Source: Nemertoderma westbladi (Eukaryota; Animalia; Xenacoelomorpha). Taken from it: DNA of 64,000 bases. The DNA is taken from assembly GCA_032718475.1 (NCBI GenBank), contig JAUCBJ010000969.1, forward strand, positions 1 to 64,000, given 5' to 3'. Position numbers and translations under genes: made by a program. The notes below the pieces were generated by a model, which did no database searches, was not told the origin of the DNA, and saw only the letters and a program-made list of their open reading frames with translations. How positions within the stretch are numbered: position 1 is the first letter of the stretch; each line of letters begins with the position of its first letter. This document shows, one piece after another, positions 36,601-47,854 of this stretch.

Positions 36601-38672
36601 CCCCCCCCCCCACCCGCCACTTCTAACTTCACTATCTCTTACTACACTTCTATACCCCTCTTGTGGGGCATTCTCTGCCCCCCCCCTCTCTCGCCACTAA
36701 TCTTCCGTGGTGGGGCGCCCGTAGCCCCCCCCCACTCGCCACATCTAACTTCACTATCTATCACTTCACTTCTACACCCCTCTCTAGTCGACACACTAAC
36801 CCTACTGCGGCTGGGTCTATTCACCCCTGCCTCTCTCTCTACTACTACGTGGCCTACCAGGCCCACCTCGGGTTGACTCAACCCCGCTACTTCCTGCCTA
36901 CTAACTACGTGGCCTACCAGGCCCTCATTGGGGTCTCTCGCCCCCGCTACTCTCTGCACACTAACTGCGTTGCCTTGCAGGCTACCGTTGGCCGGACTAC
37001 CTGTGTCCCCTACATTAGTATTAATAGCCCCGTTGTTAATGTTATTATTTTCTAAATTATTCAAATTATTTGAATTATTCTGTATATTTAAATTTAAATT
37101 ATTCGGATTATTTTGAATATTTGAATTAATATTATTATTTGAATTATTTGGATTAATATTAGTATTTGGATTTATATTTAAATTACCGGGTAAAATATTT
37201 CCTGTAATAAAGGTTTGGTTAGAATTATCCAATACGGTACTATTAATATTAACGTTATCTACTGTATTATTATTACCCCCCCCCCCCCCCCCCCGCCCGT
37301 ACGGTCACACCAGTCTTGGGTCTGTCGTGCGGTCCCTGTAAGTGGGGTATTAATAAATGTTTCCACAGCCCTTGGCTCCTCATAAATACTCGAGCCAGTC
37401 TCGCTCTCTGACAGCCCCATCTGCGCCAGTTCTAGTCGGCGTTTCTGTTTCGCCTGATACTGCATAAGCCCCCTTAGCCGGGCATGCATACCATCCCGCA
37501 CACGTTTTCTCTCACTCTCCTCTCTCTCTATCCTCTCGTGAACTCTGATCGGCTAACTCTGCCTCTCTCGCAACTCTCTTAAGTCGTCTCTCCTCACGTT
37601 CTCTTCGCTCATTATCCGCACTCACCTCGCGCTCTTTACGTTCCGCCTCATCGCTCTGCCTCGCGCTCTTCTTGCTCCTTCCTTTCCATCCTCCCTATTT
37701 CCTCGCACTCCCTAAAGCTTCTCGCGCCCTCTCGGCCCTCTCTTTGTTCTCTCTAACCAGCTCTTTCTCCTGCTCTATTAACGCACTCTCTTCCTCTAAC
37801 TGTCTCTCTAATTCTCTCTGGTCTAGCGCCGCCAGATCGAGTTGGCACGCCAGATCTATTGCCCGCACCCTTCTTTCTTTCGCGGAGGATGTAGCAGACT
37901 TATCGGTCGCGACGGACTCCCGTCGCCTTCCCGTCCTACTAACTTTCCCCCGCCTCCCGGAACTTCCTCCGACCGACGAGACCGAATCCTCGGGTTTAAC
38001 CTCGGATTCGCCCTCCTCAGGTCTCTTCCAACCCACTAATTTTACTCCCCGGGCATCGACTAAGTATGGCCCTATGTACACTACGCTAGGTTCCATACCC
38101 CCACATTCCCATAGTTCAAACAGTTCGCTGGCAACCCCTTTCGCTCTCTCGTCGGCTAGTTCTCCCTGCCCAAAACGCATTAGGTAATCAAAGTGTCTGT
38201 TCGACTCACCTAGTCATTTCCTCAATCTCACCTCGTCTATCTTCGCCCCTCCTTTGGCCTCTCTCAACTGCTTTCGGGTCGCGGCGTAGGCTCGTCGGAG
38301 CCGGTCGCTGACCCCGACGTCCTCGTCGCCGACATCTCCTCTATCCCTCCGGGTCCGGCGTCGTACCGGCGGCTCCACCGTTGCCGTTCCGGTGGGCCGT
38401 CCGTCGCCCTCAGCCTGTGGCTGGCCGGCGACATCGGCACGTCGACCGCCGCTGTGTGTCGACTCGTCTCTCTCTCCTCCCGACTCGTCTCTCCCTTCTC
38501 TCAACTCGTCTCTCCCTTCTCGTTGTAGACGGCCCCCCTCCGTTTGGATTGCCGGATCGTCTGTAGTCGACGGATCCGGCGTCGTGGGTCGATACCGTCT
38601 CGTCGCGGCCTCGCGGATCGTTAGGTCGCCGTCCGGGGTCCGCGACGGTGTCGTCTTTCCTTCTCTACTCAT
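33683..38672 (-). pseudogene. gag: Fragmented gag-protease of BEL element 2
   Basis: ORF 33683-35749 has LPPVEPFKFDG...LKYLQVYTGG...AWRALDREYGHP, CQLH...CHRCVVEGHRSGEC, protease LVDSGAAFT and TPFGWTLSGP. Upstream fragments (35632-38672) are low complexity, with some breaks at G homopolymers. Confidence 0.85.
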
Positions 38673-39864
38673 CTTTACTCTGTCGGTGGCTAGCAGTCAC
38701 AGTTCGGCAGGTCTTAGAGGTTAAGACTCTTGTGAGTTAAGACTGTGACGGGATTCGAGAGGATCCCGGTTTATCCGGTGTTGTTTACGTACGCGTCCCC
38801 GCCGTGTGAGTGAAAAGGGTTGTTATAAGTTCTTCCGATATTGTTGATACAGTAATACGGTTGATAGTATAATATATATATACAGAGATAGCACCAGACA
38901 GCAAGATAATTGTGTAAGTATACTGATGACGGCGGCGACGGTCTTAACTGTCACCGTACTGCCGTAACTGTACTGGGTAAACTGAATGAATGAGCAACAC
39001 CGACCGGTAATATACTACTCTAGGTTTGGCCGTGTTACTCAGTCAATGCTTCCCCCCTATTGGCTGATAACTCACTTCTTACCCCTATCCCCCTGGGAGT
39101 GTTTCTCCCCCGCTACTGTTATTCTCTCTCCCCTGGAGGTATAACCTCTGACCCCCATTGTGTGTGTCTCCTTTGGGGTTTGTTGCCCCGCTTATTGGGG
39201 TGATACAAGGTTGATGGTAATCAACCTTGTAGTTCCAATAATACTTAATGCCAACTTTATGGGGTTTAGTGTGGCGGAATTGAATACGCTCACAAATAGT
39301 AAAATAATCCGAGTGCTCCCATTGTTGGCTACGGCAGACAAAACATGTGGAAACAAGGTGGAACCCTATTTCCTACAAAAAAATGTTCAGGTGGAGTGGC
39401 TAGAAGTTAGGTGGAGAGGTACAGGTGTATCTACAATCTAAGTGGATTCAGTTGGATGTCAGGTGGATGAAACTTAATAGCCGCCTGCTGTGATTGTGAT
39501 ATACCCCCCCCCCCCCCCCCCACCCTGGAGGTTGGATTTGTGTAGTGATGTAAAAAAAGATAAAATGTCAATTAAATACTCCTCCAGAAAAATTGACTCA
39601 AATAATACAATTATAAACATATGATAATATGGAAATAAACCTACTTGAATTGGATAATATTCCCGATCACAATCAATCAGTCAATGGCGACCTCGATCCT
39701 CTTGGAGAAGAAACTGGTTAATTATAATAGTTATTTATTTTATTTTATATATAAAATAAAATAAAAATATGTTTTTTATTTATTACAAATACAGTCCAGT
39801 ATAATTAAAAATAATAAAAAAAAATAATTAAAAATGTAATAAATTTCGCTACTTCAGAATGCCG

Positions 39865-39942
39865 AATTGAACCTATCGAGCCGAGTTGAACCTATCGAGC
39901 CGAGTCGAACCTATCGAGCCGAGTTGAACCTATCGAGCCGAA
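39865..39942. repeat. 20-bp tandem repeat (GAACCTATCGAGCCGAGT(T/C)), about 4 copies
   Basis: Directly visible. Confidence 0.85.
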
Positions 39943-40449
39943 TATTGACAGATTGACATATAGACAGATAGAATATTGACATATAAGATAAAGTAGGCAT
40001 GAACTCCTAAACAACATTGCAAACAATCTGGCAGTTATAGAAATTTCAAAGTATACAGTACTGCAGTAGTGTTACAACAGCAGTGGTTAAACCCAGCAGC
40101 CCAGGCAGGAACTGTGTTTCCAACAGACGCAGATATCCTAACCAAGGCAGTTCCGACCTAAGCGAGATTCTTGCAAGTATGACTATGACTAATATCATCA
40201 TACTTGTCCTCAGATGTTATGGATCGCCCACTCGAGAGGTTCGGGCAGACCGTGATGTGATAATTGTACAGTATGTCGATTTATCGGTGAATAAAGGCAT
40301 TCCAATAACAGAATAATCGCAATTTCGGTCAACACTGACATATCCAGTTTACACGAAGTGGGGCCTTCGCGCAGCACGTGAAATGAGTTAATGCTAAGTA
40401 TCAACTCGAAAGGATTATAAAAACATAGGAGAAGATTTTCCCGGAAAAC

Positions 40450-41420
40450 GTTAACCCTCTAGCGGGAGACTGGGTAACTGAAGAAGGAAGGATTAGTTTC
40501 CCTACAAAGCCACAGCCTATGGTCTATTACATATCTGCCAAATTTCAGCATAAATGGATTAAAAGCAAAGAAATGGGAGGACATTTAACGTTTAGACATG
40601 TGGCCCTCTAGCAGGAGACTATTGCTCTGATGGTGTCTGAAAGTCTCTCAAACGTCTCAACTTTTGATCATATTGATGCCTACAAATTTTCAACTTGGCA
40701 GCTTTAAATTCGACAAAGTTATAAGCATGTCAATATCATAACGACGACAACGATTTCACTTTCAGACATTTGGCCCTCTAGCGGCAGACTGGAGAACTGC
40801 AGATGGATTCGCCTCCTTTGAAAGTCACAGCTAATGGTCTAATACATATCTGCCAAGTTTCAGCTTAAACGGATTAAAAGCAAAGAAATGGGAGGGCATT
40901 TAATGTTTAGACATGTGGCCCTCTAGCGGGAGACCATTGCACTGATGGTGTCTGAAAGTCTCTCAAAAATCTCAACTTTAGCTCATATTGATACCTACAA
41001 ATTTTCAACTTGGCAGCTTTAAATCCGACAAAGTTATTAGCATGTCAAAATCGTAACGACGACAACGATTTCACTTTCAGACCTTTGGCCCTCTAGCGGC
41101 AGACTGGAGAACTGCAGATGGATTCGCCTCCTTTGAAAGTCACAGCTAATGGTCTAATACATATCTGCCAAGTTTCAGCTTAAACGGATTAAAAGCAAAG
41201 AAATGGGAGGGCATTTAATGTTTAGACATGTGGCCCTCTAGCGGGAGACCATTGCACTGATGGTGTCTGAAAGTCTCTCAAAAATCTCAACTTTTGCTCA
41301 TATTGATACCTACAAATTTTCAACTTGGCAGCTTTAAATCCGACAAAGTTATTAGCATGTCAAAATCGTAACGACGACGACAACGACGACGACGACGACG
41401 ACAACGACGACGACGACAAC
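40450..41420. repeat. ~315-bp tandem repeat (about 3 units) ending in a (GAC)n tract
   Basis: TGGCCCTCTAGCGGCAGAC recurs at 40771 and 41086; CCCTCTAGC occurs twice per unit. Confidence 0.9.
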
Positions 41421-41768
41421 TATTTGCATAAATTGACCCACCCCCTAACAGTGTCAATTCGCTAAGGCTCCGCCAACTTCGTGGCTCGCCCCACAAGCGC
41501 CTATGCTGCGTCGCTACATCTCCCCTGGCTTTGTTTACTGGCTTTCGTATCAGAATTTGGTACCCATACTGCCATAGCCGTAGTGCAGTAGTGGGAGCAC
41601 CGCAATCAGAGTTTCGAGTTTATTTATAATAAAATGATAGCAATAGTGGGAATAAAACTTATAGCAGTGTTACAAGTAATTAACCAGAACGCTGATAAGT
41701 TGACATAATAATTAGGAACCGAGAGGTTCATTACTGTAAGAATTGCTCGTGGCTGACTGGCTGGCTAA

Positions 41769-43988
41769 TCTACAGCCAAAACTACTCTAACGATTTTGAT
41801 GAAATTTTCACAGCGGCTAGATACCGCGATTCTAAGGTCCCTGGTATGTTCCGCTATTTCGTCCATGAGCCGTGGGCTCGAAAAATAGACATAAACGAAA
41901 AAACGCCATAGGCGCAATGGTAAAATAACACCAATAACAGCTGGTGTCGTGATGAAAAATGGCTTACTACACAAGGCTTAGTAATAAATCGATGAGGTTG
42001 CCAAGATTACTGTACTTAGTACACCCATACTGTTTGTTTAGGCCCTGCACTCTCTGTCAAAGCAAATATTAACTGGTTGATTTAGTTTGTGGTTCTACAC
42101 AGGCTTAGTATAAATCGATGAGGCTGCCAACTGGTTGGTTTAGTTTGCAATCTATTACCGCCTCAGCTGAATAACTCTTCCCCCTGCTGAATGACTATTA
42201 GGTATACAGTGTATCGGCTACATTAATGCCAACATTAATACTGTGGAGGCTGTATGCTTATAAGGTGGAATGTTTACTCAGCCTTATACTGATACTCTGT
42301 AAGGCTAAGACTAACATTATAGTTTGAAATATAAAAATCACTGTTGACTGCAGAGTTGACTGCTATGTTGTATGTATTTAATTAAAATAATTTTCGTAGA
42401 GGGAAGTTAATTTGGGATTACTCTCTATCAGATGTAAGCAAAGCTGTTCAATGGGGTGGGTCATGGGACCCAAATATAGTACATTATGCATGGCAAACAT
42501 TAATAAAATCATTCAGTCAACCTGAAGGGTATTTATTGCTTTAGTTAACTCTACTGTGCGAAAAACGAATTTATAATGTTACCCATACTTCAGGTGAATG
42601 ACATTTTTAGATAATTTGTGCTGAAGGAAACGATTTCTGATATAATTAAAATACAAGACAGGGGCTTGTTTCGATATATGTAGTTGCGCCCTTCGAGCAG
42701 CACGTGAGTTAATCAATATAATAGACACAATGTTTTTGACTTTGTCCTTTCGAGCAGCACGTGAGTTTTGCTTCGACCCTTCGATATATGTATTTGCGCC
42801 TTTTGAGCAGCGCGTGAGTTACATCAAATAATAGACACACTGTTTGACATTGTCCCTTCGAGCAGCGAAGTGAGTTTTGCTTTGTCCCTTGATATATGAT
42901 GTTGCGCACTTCGAGCAGCACATGAGTTACATCAAATAATAGACACACTGTTTGACTTTGTCCCTTCGAGCAACACGTGAGTTTGGCTTTGACCCTTCCA
43001 GCATCGTGTGTCAATCGAGCCGAATCATACTGATTGAGCCGAATAGAACCAATCGAGGTGATCAAGCCGAGTCGAGCCCATCGATCCGAACAGAGCCGAT
43101 TTGAGCCCAATTAAGCCAAGTCGAGCCAGACTGAGCCGAGTCAAGCCCAATCGAGTCGAGTCTAGCCCAATAGAGCCGAGTCGAGTCCAATCAAGCCTAG
43201 TCGAGCCCAATTGAGCTGGACCGAGCCCAATTGAGCCGGACTATGCCAAGTTGAGCCAAATCGATCCAAGTCAAGCCCAATCAATCCCAATCGAGCCGAG
43301 TCGTGCGGATTGAGCCGAATCGAGCCCAATTGAGCCAAGTCAAGCCGGACCGAGCCAAGTCGAACCCAATCGAGCCGAATCGAGCTGAGTCGACTCAGAC
43401 CGAGCCGAGCCGAGCCAAACCGAGCCGAGCCAAGCCGAGCCAAGCCGAGCCGAGCCGAGCCGAGCCGAGCCGAGCCGAGCCGAGCCGAGCCGAGCCGAGC
43501 CGAGCCGAGCCGAGCCGAGCCGAGCCGAGCCGAGCCGAGCCGTGTCACGCCAAATTGAGCCCGGATTGAGCCCAATCAAGCCGAGTCGAGCCCAATCGAG
43601 CCGAGTTGAGCCCAATCAAGCCGAGTCGAACCAGACTGAGCCGGACCGAGCCAAGTCGAGCCCAATCGAGCCAGACTGCCGAGTCAAGCCCAATCAATCC
43701 CAATTGAGCCGATTCGAGCCGAGTCGAGCAGATTGAGCTGAATCGAGCCCAATTGAGCCAAGTCGAGCTGGACCGAGCCAAGTCGAACCCAATCGAGCCG
43801 ATTGAGCCGAATCAAGCTGAGTCGAGTCAGATCGAGCCGAGTCGACGAGCCTAATCGAGCCAAACCGAGCCGATCAAGCCAAGTCGAACTAAATCGTGCC
43901 CAATCGTGCAAGACCGAGCCGAGCTCGTTATCTCTTTTATTTGAAATAAAAAGTCGGTTCCTTATCGGGCCGCTAGGCCCGTCACTAG
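41769..43988 (+). mobile_element. Non-autonomous Helitron-like element, copy B, with internal repeat expansions
   Basis: A|TC 5' end at 41768/41769; 3' hairpin CGGGCCGCTAGGCCCG (43966-43981) then CTAG|T (43985-43989); homologous to 28137-29187. Confidence 0.72.
43015..43925. repeat. (GAGCC)n pentamer-based micro/minisatellite
   Basis: Perfect CGAGC run at ~43445-43540 with degenerate flanks; TTCGAGCAGCACGTGAGTT repeats upstream at ~42690-42985. Confidence 0.95.
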
Positions 43989-44247
43989 TGTGACAATAAC
44001 AAAGTCTATTACCAGATTACAGTATTATAGTTCTATCCTGATATTTGAATTGAACCATCTTTACATTCTGACATTAGCCTGATATTGCACTAGGGCTGTA
44101 GGGTGCTCGTGGTAGGGCTGTACTGCTGTAAGTGCTCGTGCTGGTACTCACTCACTGGCAGCTATATGACATGAAAGCATACTTGACATGTGATTATCCT
44201 TCCGGTAGCCTAGCTAGACACTACTGCACTACATGATATTGCTTCTA

Positions 44248-44626
44248 GGGGGCAGTCCAAGTATGACGTCTGCACTTTTCCCCAAAATGTTGACCCCCTC
44301 CCTCCCCTAAATCAGATGTCATCAGATAGGCGTTGACCCCCCCCCCCTAAATCAGATTAAAAAAATTTTCGCGTCCTAATCACTGAAACAGGGTGACTGG
44401 TATCTGAAACAGAAGGTCATGCTACGGGCCTTCCGGGGCTTCGAACAGTTAAAATAGGCAAGCTACTTACTCTTCTGCTATATCTCTTCTACTGTAACAC
44501 CTATAAACGAACATGCTGACGTCAGATTTTGGCTGACCCCCTCCCCTCCCCTCATCAGCACGTCATCAGATTTTCCCAACCCCCCTCCCCTCCCCTAAAG
44601 TGCTGACGTCATACTTGGACGGCCCC
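44248..44626. mobile_element. MITE with ~23-bp TIRs
   Basis: GGGGGCAGTCCAAGTATGACGTC ... GACGTCATACTTGGACGGCCCC, flanked by TA on both sides. Confidence 0.8.
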
Positions 44627-45216
44627 TATCATCTGTTCTATTACAAGCTCAATAAACAGCTATCAGTTTGCTTTTTGTGCTTTTTTTTAACCTTTTTTGT
44701 GCTTTTTTTTTACTTTTTTGTGCTTTTTTTGTGCTTTTTTTGTGCTTTTCATGACTTTTTTGTGCTTTTTGTTGTATTTAGTAGGACCCCCGGCATCCTG
44801 TAAAATGTATACCGCGAGCACCTTCCACACCACGTCAAACTCCATCTGTCGAAGAACGGCGGATGAGCTCATTGAACTCAAAGGTCTTGGTAGCTGGGTT
44901 CCTTGAACTCGATGCTGGGATCGACTCCTGGGTTCCCGATCTGCCATGGACTCAGTCAGAATGTGTTGGCAAGCTGTATTTTTCGAGGTGTTTGTTATTA
45001 TACATTTATTATAGGAAGGGATCTAGGGGTCTTAACCTCGAATGATTAGTTTATTTTACCGAAAATAACTTATCTTTTATTGGCGCAATTGTAGGACTAA
45101 TCCCATCACATGCGTACTTTTTAACCGGGTAGTGTAAATATTCTTACTATCAATAATAAAAAATCAGGGGCTAATAAAATGGCAGCTGTCTTTGAAATTA
45201 ATACTCCATATCTCAA

Positions 45217-45279
45217 GAACCTGTGGCCTAGTGGTCGTAGTCTCGGCTTCCGCCTCGAGGTCCCGGGTTCGAATCCGAC
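45217..45279 (+). promoter_or_regulatory. tRNA-derived Pol III internal promoter (A and B boxes); repeated at ~45628 and ~46045
   Basis: A box TGGCCTAGTGG 45224-45234; B box GGTTCGAATCC 45266-45276; anticodon-arm-like CTCGG-CTTCCGC-CTCGAG; no intact acceptor stem. Confidence 0.8.
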
Positions 45280-45322
45280 ACCACGCTGATGAGACCCAGT
45301 AAGGTCGAAACGCGTACGTGGT
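45280..45322 (+). ncRNA. Minimal type I hammerhead ribozyme, copy 1
   Basis: Stem I ACCACG/CGTGGT; core CTGATGA; stem II GACC-cagtaa-GGTC; GAAA; palindromic short stem III ACGCGT; predicted cleavage after GUA at 45316. Confidence 0.93.
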
Positions 45323-45690
45323 TTGGAGAGATATGAGATATTAATTTCAAGAAAAATTACGCGATTCCTAAATTTGTACACTACCCGGTTAAAAAGTACG
45401 CATGTGATGGGATTAGTCCTACAATTGCGCCAATAAAAGATAAGTTATTTTCGGTAAAATAAACTTATCATTCGAGGTTAAGACCCCTAGATCCCTTCCT
45501 ATAATAAATGTATAATAACAAACACCTCGAAAAATACAGCTTGCCAACACATTCTTACTATCAATAACCAAAAATCAGGGGCTAATAAAATGGCAGCTGT
45601 CTTTGAAATTAATACTCCATATCTCAAGAACCTGTGGCCTAGTGGTCGTAGTCTCGGCTTCCGCCTCGAGGTCCCGGGTTCGAATCCGAC

Positions 45691-45733
45691 ACCACGCTGA
45701 TGAGACCCAGTAAGGTCGAAACGCGTACGTGGT
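45691..45733 (+). ncRNA. Minimal type I hammerhead ribozyme, copy 2
   Basis: Identical to copy 1, 411 bp downstream. Confidence 0.93.
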
Positions 45734-46107
45734 TTGGAGAGATATGAGATATTAATTTCAAGAAAAATTACGCGATTCCTAAATTTGTACACTACCCGGT
45801 TAAAAAGTACGCATGTGATGGGATTAGTCCTACAATTGCGCCAATAAAAGATAAGTTATTTTCGGTAAAATAAACTTATCATTCGAGGTTAAGACCCCTA
45901 GATCCCTTCCTATAATAAATGATAATATATAATAACAAACACCTCGAAAAATACAGCTTGCCAACACATTCTTACTATCAATAACCAAAAATCAGGGGCT
46001 AATAAAATGGCAGCTGTCTTTGAAATTAATACTCCATATCTCAAGAACCTGTGGCCTAGTGGTCGTAGTCTCGGCTTCCGCCTCGAGGTCCCGGGTTCGA
46101 ATCCGAC

Positions 46108-46150
46108 ACCACGCTGATGAGACCCAGTAAGGTCGAAACGCGTACGTGGT
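46108..46150 (+). ncRNA. Minimal type I hammerhead ribozyme, copy 3
   Basis: Identical to copy 1, 417 bp downstream of copy 2. Confidence 0.93.
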
Positions 46151-46859
46151 TTGGAGAGATATGAGATATTAATTTCAAGAAAAATTACGCGATTCCTAAA
46201 TTTGTACACTACCCGGTTAAAAAGTACGCATGTGATGGGATTAGTCCTACAATTGCGCCAATAAAAGATAAGTTATTTTCGGTAAAATAAACTTATCATT
46301 CGAGGTTAAGACCCCTAGATCCCTTCCTATAATAAATGGACTCAGTCGGCAGAATCGATGGATGTTTTCATTAAACGGAAAACCCTTGAGTTGATGCTTT
46401 TCGTTTTCTATAAGGAAAATTACATCGGGTAAACATTTGCTTGAAGGCACTATTATTATGTTCCGATATCTATGTTTCCGCAGAGAATTCCGCTGGTGCT
46501 CGTCTGTCATTGTGTCACTGCCTGGGACCAAATAACCAACTGTTCCGTTGGTCGCAATTGACAGAAGTTGTGGCAACTGCCAGACTGCAACTGTGAAAAG
46601 GGACACTGATCCCCGAAACGCTATTGGGTACCTCCAGAAAGCCCGCGAACTTATTTTGAAGGTCGTCGACTCTTATACCTCCGCACGAACTTGTATGGCA
46701 GTATGGTGGGTTATGGCTGTATGGCGGTGTCAGCCTGGGTTGACTTTGACTATCTTCCTGAAGGAACGGTACACTGTTCTCGACAGTTAGAACAGCTAAT
46801 AGGTCAAGTTTCTGCGCATCACTGGATCGTCACATTGATAATTATATTGTTCTATATGT

Positions 46860-47055
46860 TAAAACTGAGATATTTCTCTACAGGGGAGTCATCACATTGA
46901 GTCCGCGCCCAGAGAGACTCATTAAATAAAACTGAGATATTTCTCTACAGGGGAGTCATCACATGTTGAGTCCGCGCCCGGAGAGACTCATTAAATAAAA
47001 CTGAGATATTTCTCTACAGGGGAGTCATCACATGTTGAGTCCGCGCCCGGAGAGA
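46860..47055. repeat. ~68-bp tandem repeat, 3 copies
   Basis: AAAACTGAGATATTTCTCTACAGGGGAGTCATCACA(TG)TTGAGTCCGCGCCC repeated. Confidence 0.9.
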
Positions 47056-47467
47056 ATCTTTAAACACTTGTCACACTATTTTATGTTTAATTTTCAGGAT
47101 TGTTACTTAATCTGTAATCTATTTAATTAATAAAGAGCCCATATCGGGGCCATTGATGTGTTTTCATGCTTGGGTGGGGAATATTGGGTCGGAAATCGTA
47201 ATAAATAATAATATAAATATGGTAATATAAATAAAGTAAAATAAAGTGATAATATAAAATTACTGCCTAATAATAGGCCTATAAAGTAATTATAATATAA
47301 TGAAATTTGTGGTGCGTCTTTAAACAAATATTAAAATAATTCATAGAAACGAAATAAGGCAACCTGATAGCGAATGACTTCAAAAGGACATAACGAAAGG
47401 GACTACATAATTTATATTATTATATATTTATATATATATATATATATATTTATATTTAAACGAAAAG

Positions 47468-47734
47468 TTGAACTACCATGGTATCTCCCGTCTAGGTCGT
47501 CCCAGGGATGATGGTAAACCACGCCCACTTCGGCTGATCTTCTCAACAAGTGATGAGGCTAATAAGCTAATTGCTAGACGTTACTTTTTGCACAATAACA
47601 CAAAATACTACTTTGACCGTGACCTATCGCGTTTTGAACAAGAACAGGCCTACAAGCAGCGGCAGAAACGACGGAATCAAATGCACTCCTCACCGAATAG
47701 CAACACCACACCTTTAGCTAACCAAGTCGATTGA
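47468..47734 (+). CDS. C-terminal remnant of CR1-type LINE ORF1 (5'-truncated)
   Basis: RLGRPRDDGKPRPLRLIF...YFDRDLSRFEQEQ...KRR, typical of CR1 ORF1 ends, directly upstream of ORF2. Confidence 0.75.
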   Translation: MNYHGISRLGRPRDDGKPRPLRLIFSTSDEANKLIARRYFLHNNTKYYFDRDLSRFEQEQAYKQRQKRRNQMHSSPNSNTTPLANQVD

Positions 47735-47854
47735 CTAGCTCATTCCCTTCCTCCCAGACTAACAACCACTACACTAGGTACACCATCCCCACAAACAATC
47801 ACCACAGCTTCCTCTCAAAGCAACAGGGATAAAACCAATTGTGATCTAAAAGTT

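Larger units (their letters stand above)
31386..39294 (-). mobile_element. Second BEL/Pao LTR element; gag-protease only (RT/RH/IN missing), divergent LTRs
   Basis: LTRs TGTGACGGGA...ATACGCTCACA at 31386-31976 and 38744-39294; PPT (minus strand GGGGGAG) beside the left LTR; flanks CATAT and AATAG do not form a TSD. Confidence 0.85.
44958..46335 (+). mobile_element. Retrozyme/SINE-like tandem array of ~411-417-bp units (tRNA-like head + hammerhead), with a 5' inverted segment and TSD
   Basis: Direct repeat ATGGACTCAGTC at 44946-44957 and 46336-46347; 44958-~45137 is the reverse complement of part of the unit; about three direct units follow. Confidence 0.88.

Noticed and set aside
42709-43993. 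ARLGS/AEPSR repeat ORFs
   Set aside because: Translation of the (GAGCC)n repeat.
45217-45290. Functional tRNA-Gly(TCC) genes
   Set aside because: No acceptor stem and an imperfect anticodon stem; the 3' part is replaced by the hammerhead, so this is a SINE-like head.
45121-46209. Three near-identical 86-99-aa minus-strand ORFs
   Set aside because: Antisense to the tRNA-like/hammerhead unit, with non-ATG starts and no recognisable domain.
46860-47055. Possible minus-strand hammerhead (GTGATGA...GAGAAA) in the 68-bp repeat
   Set aside because: The core C is missing, stem II does not close next to GAAA, and stems I and III cannot be formed.
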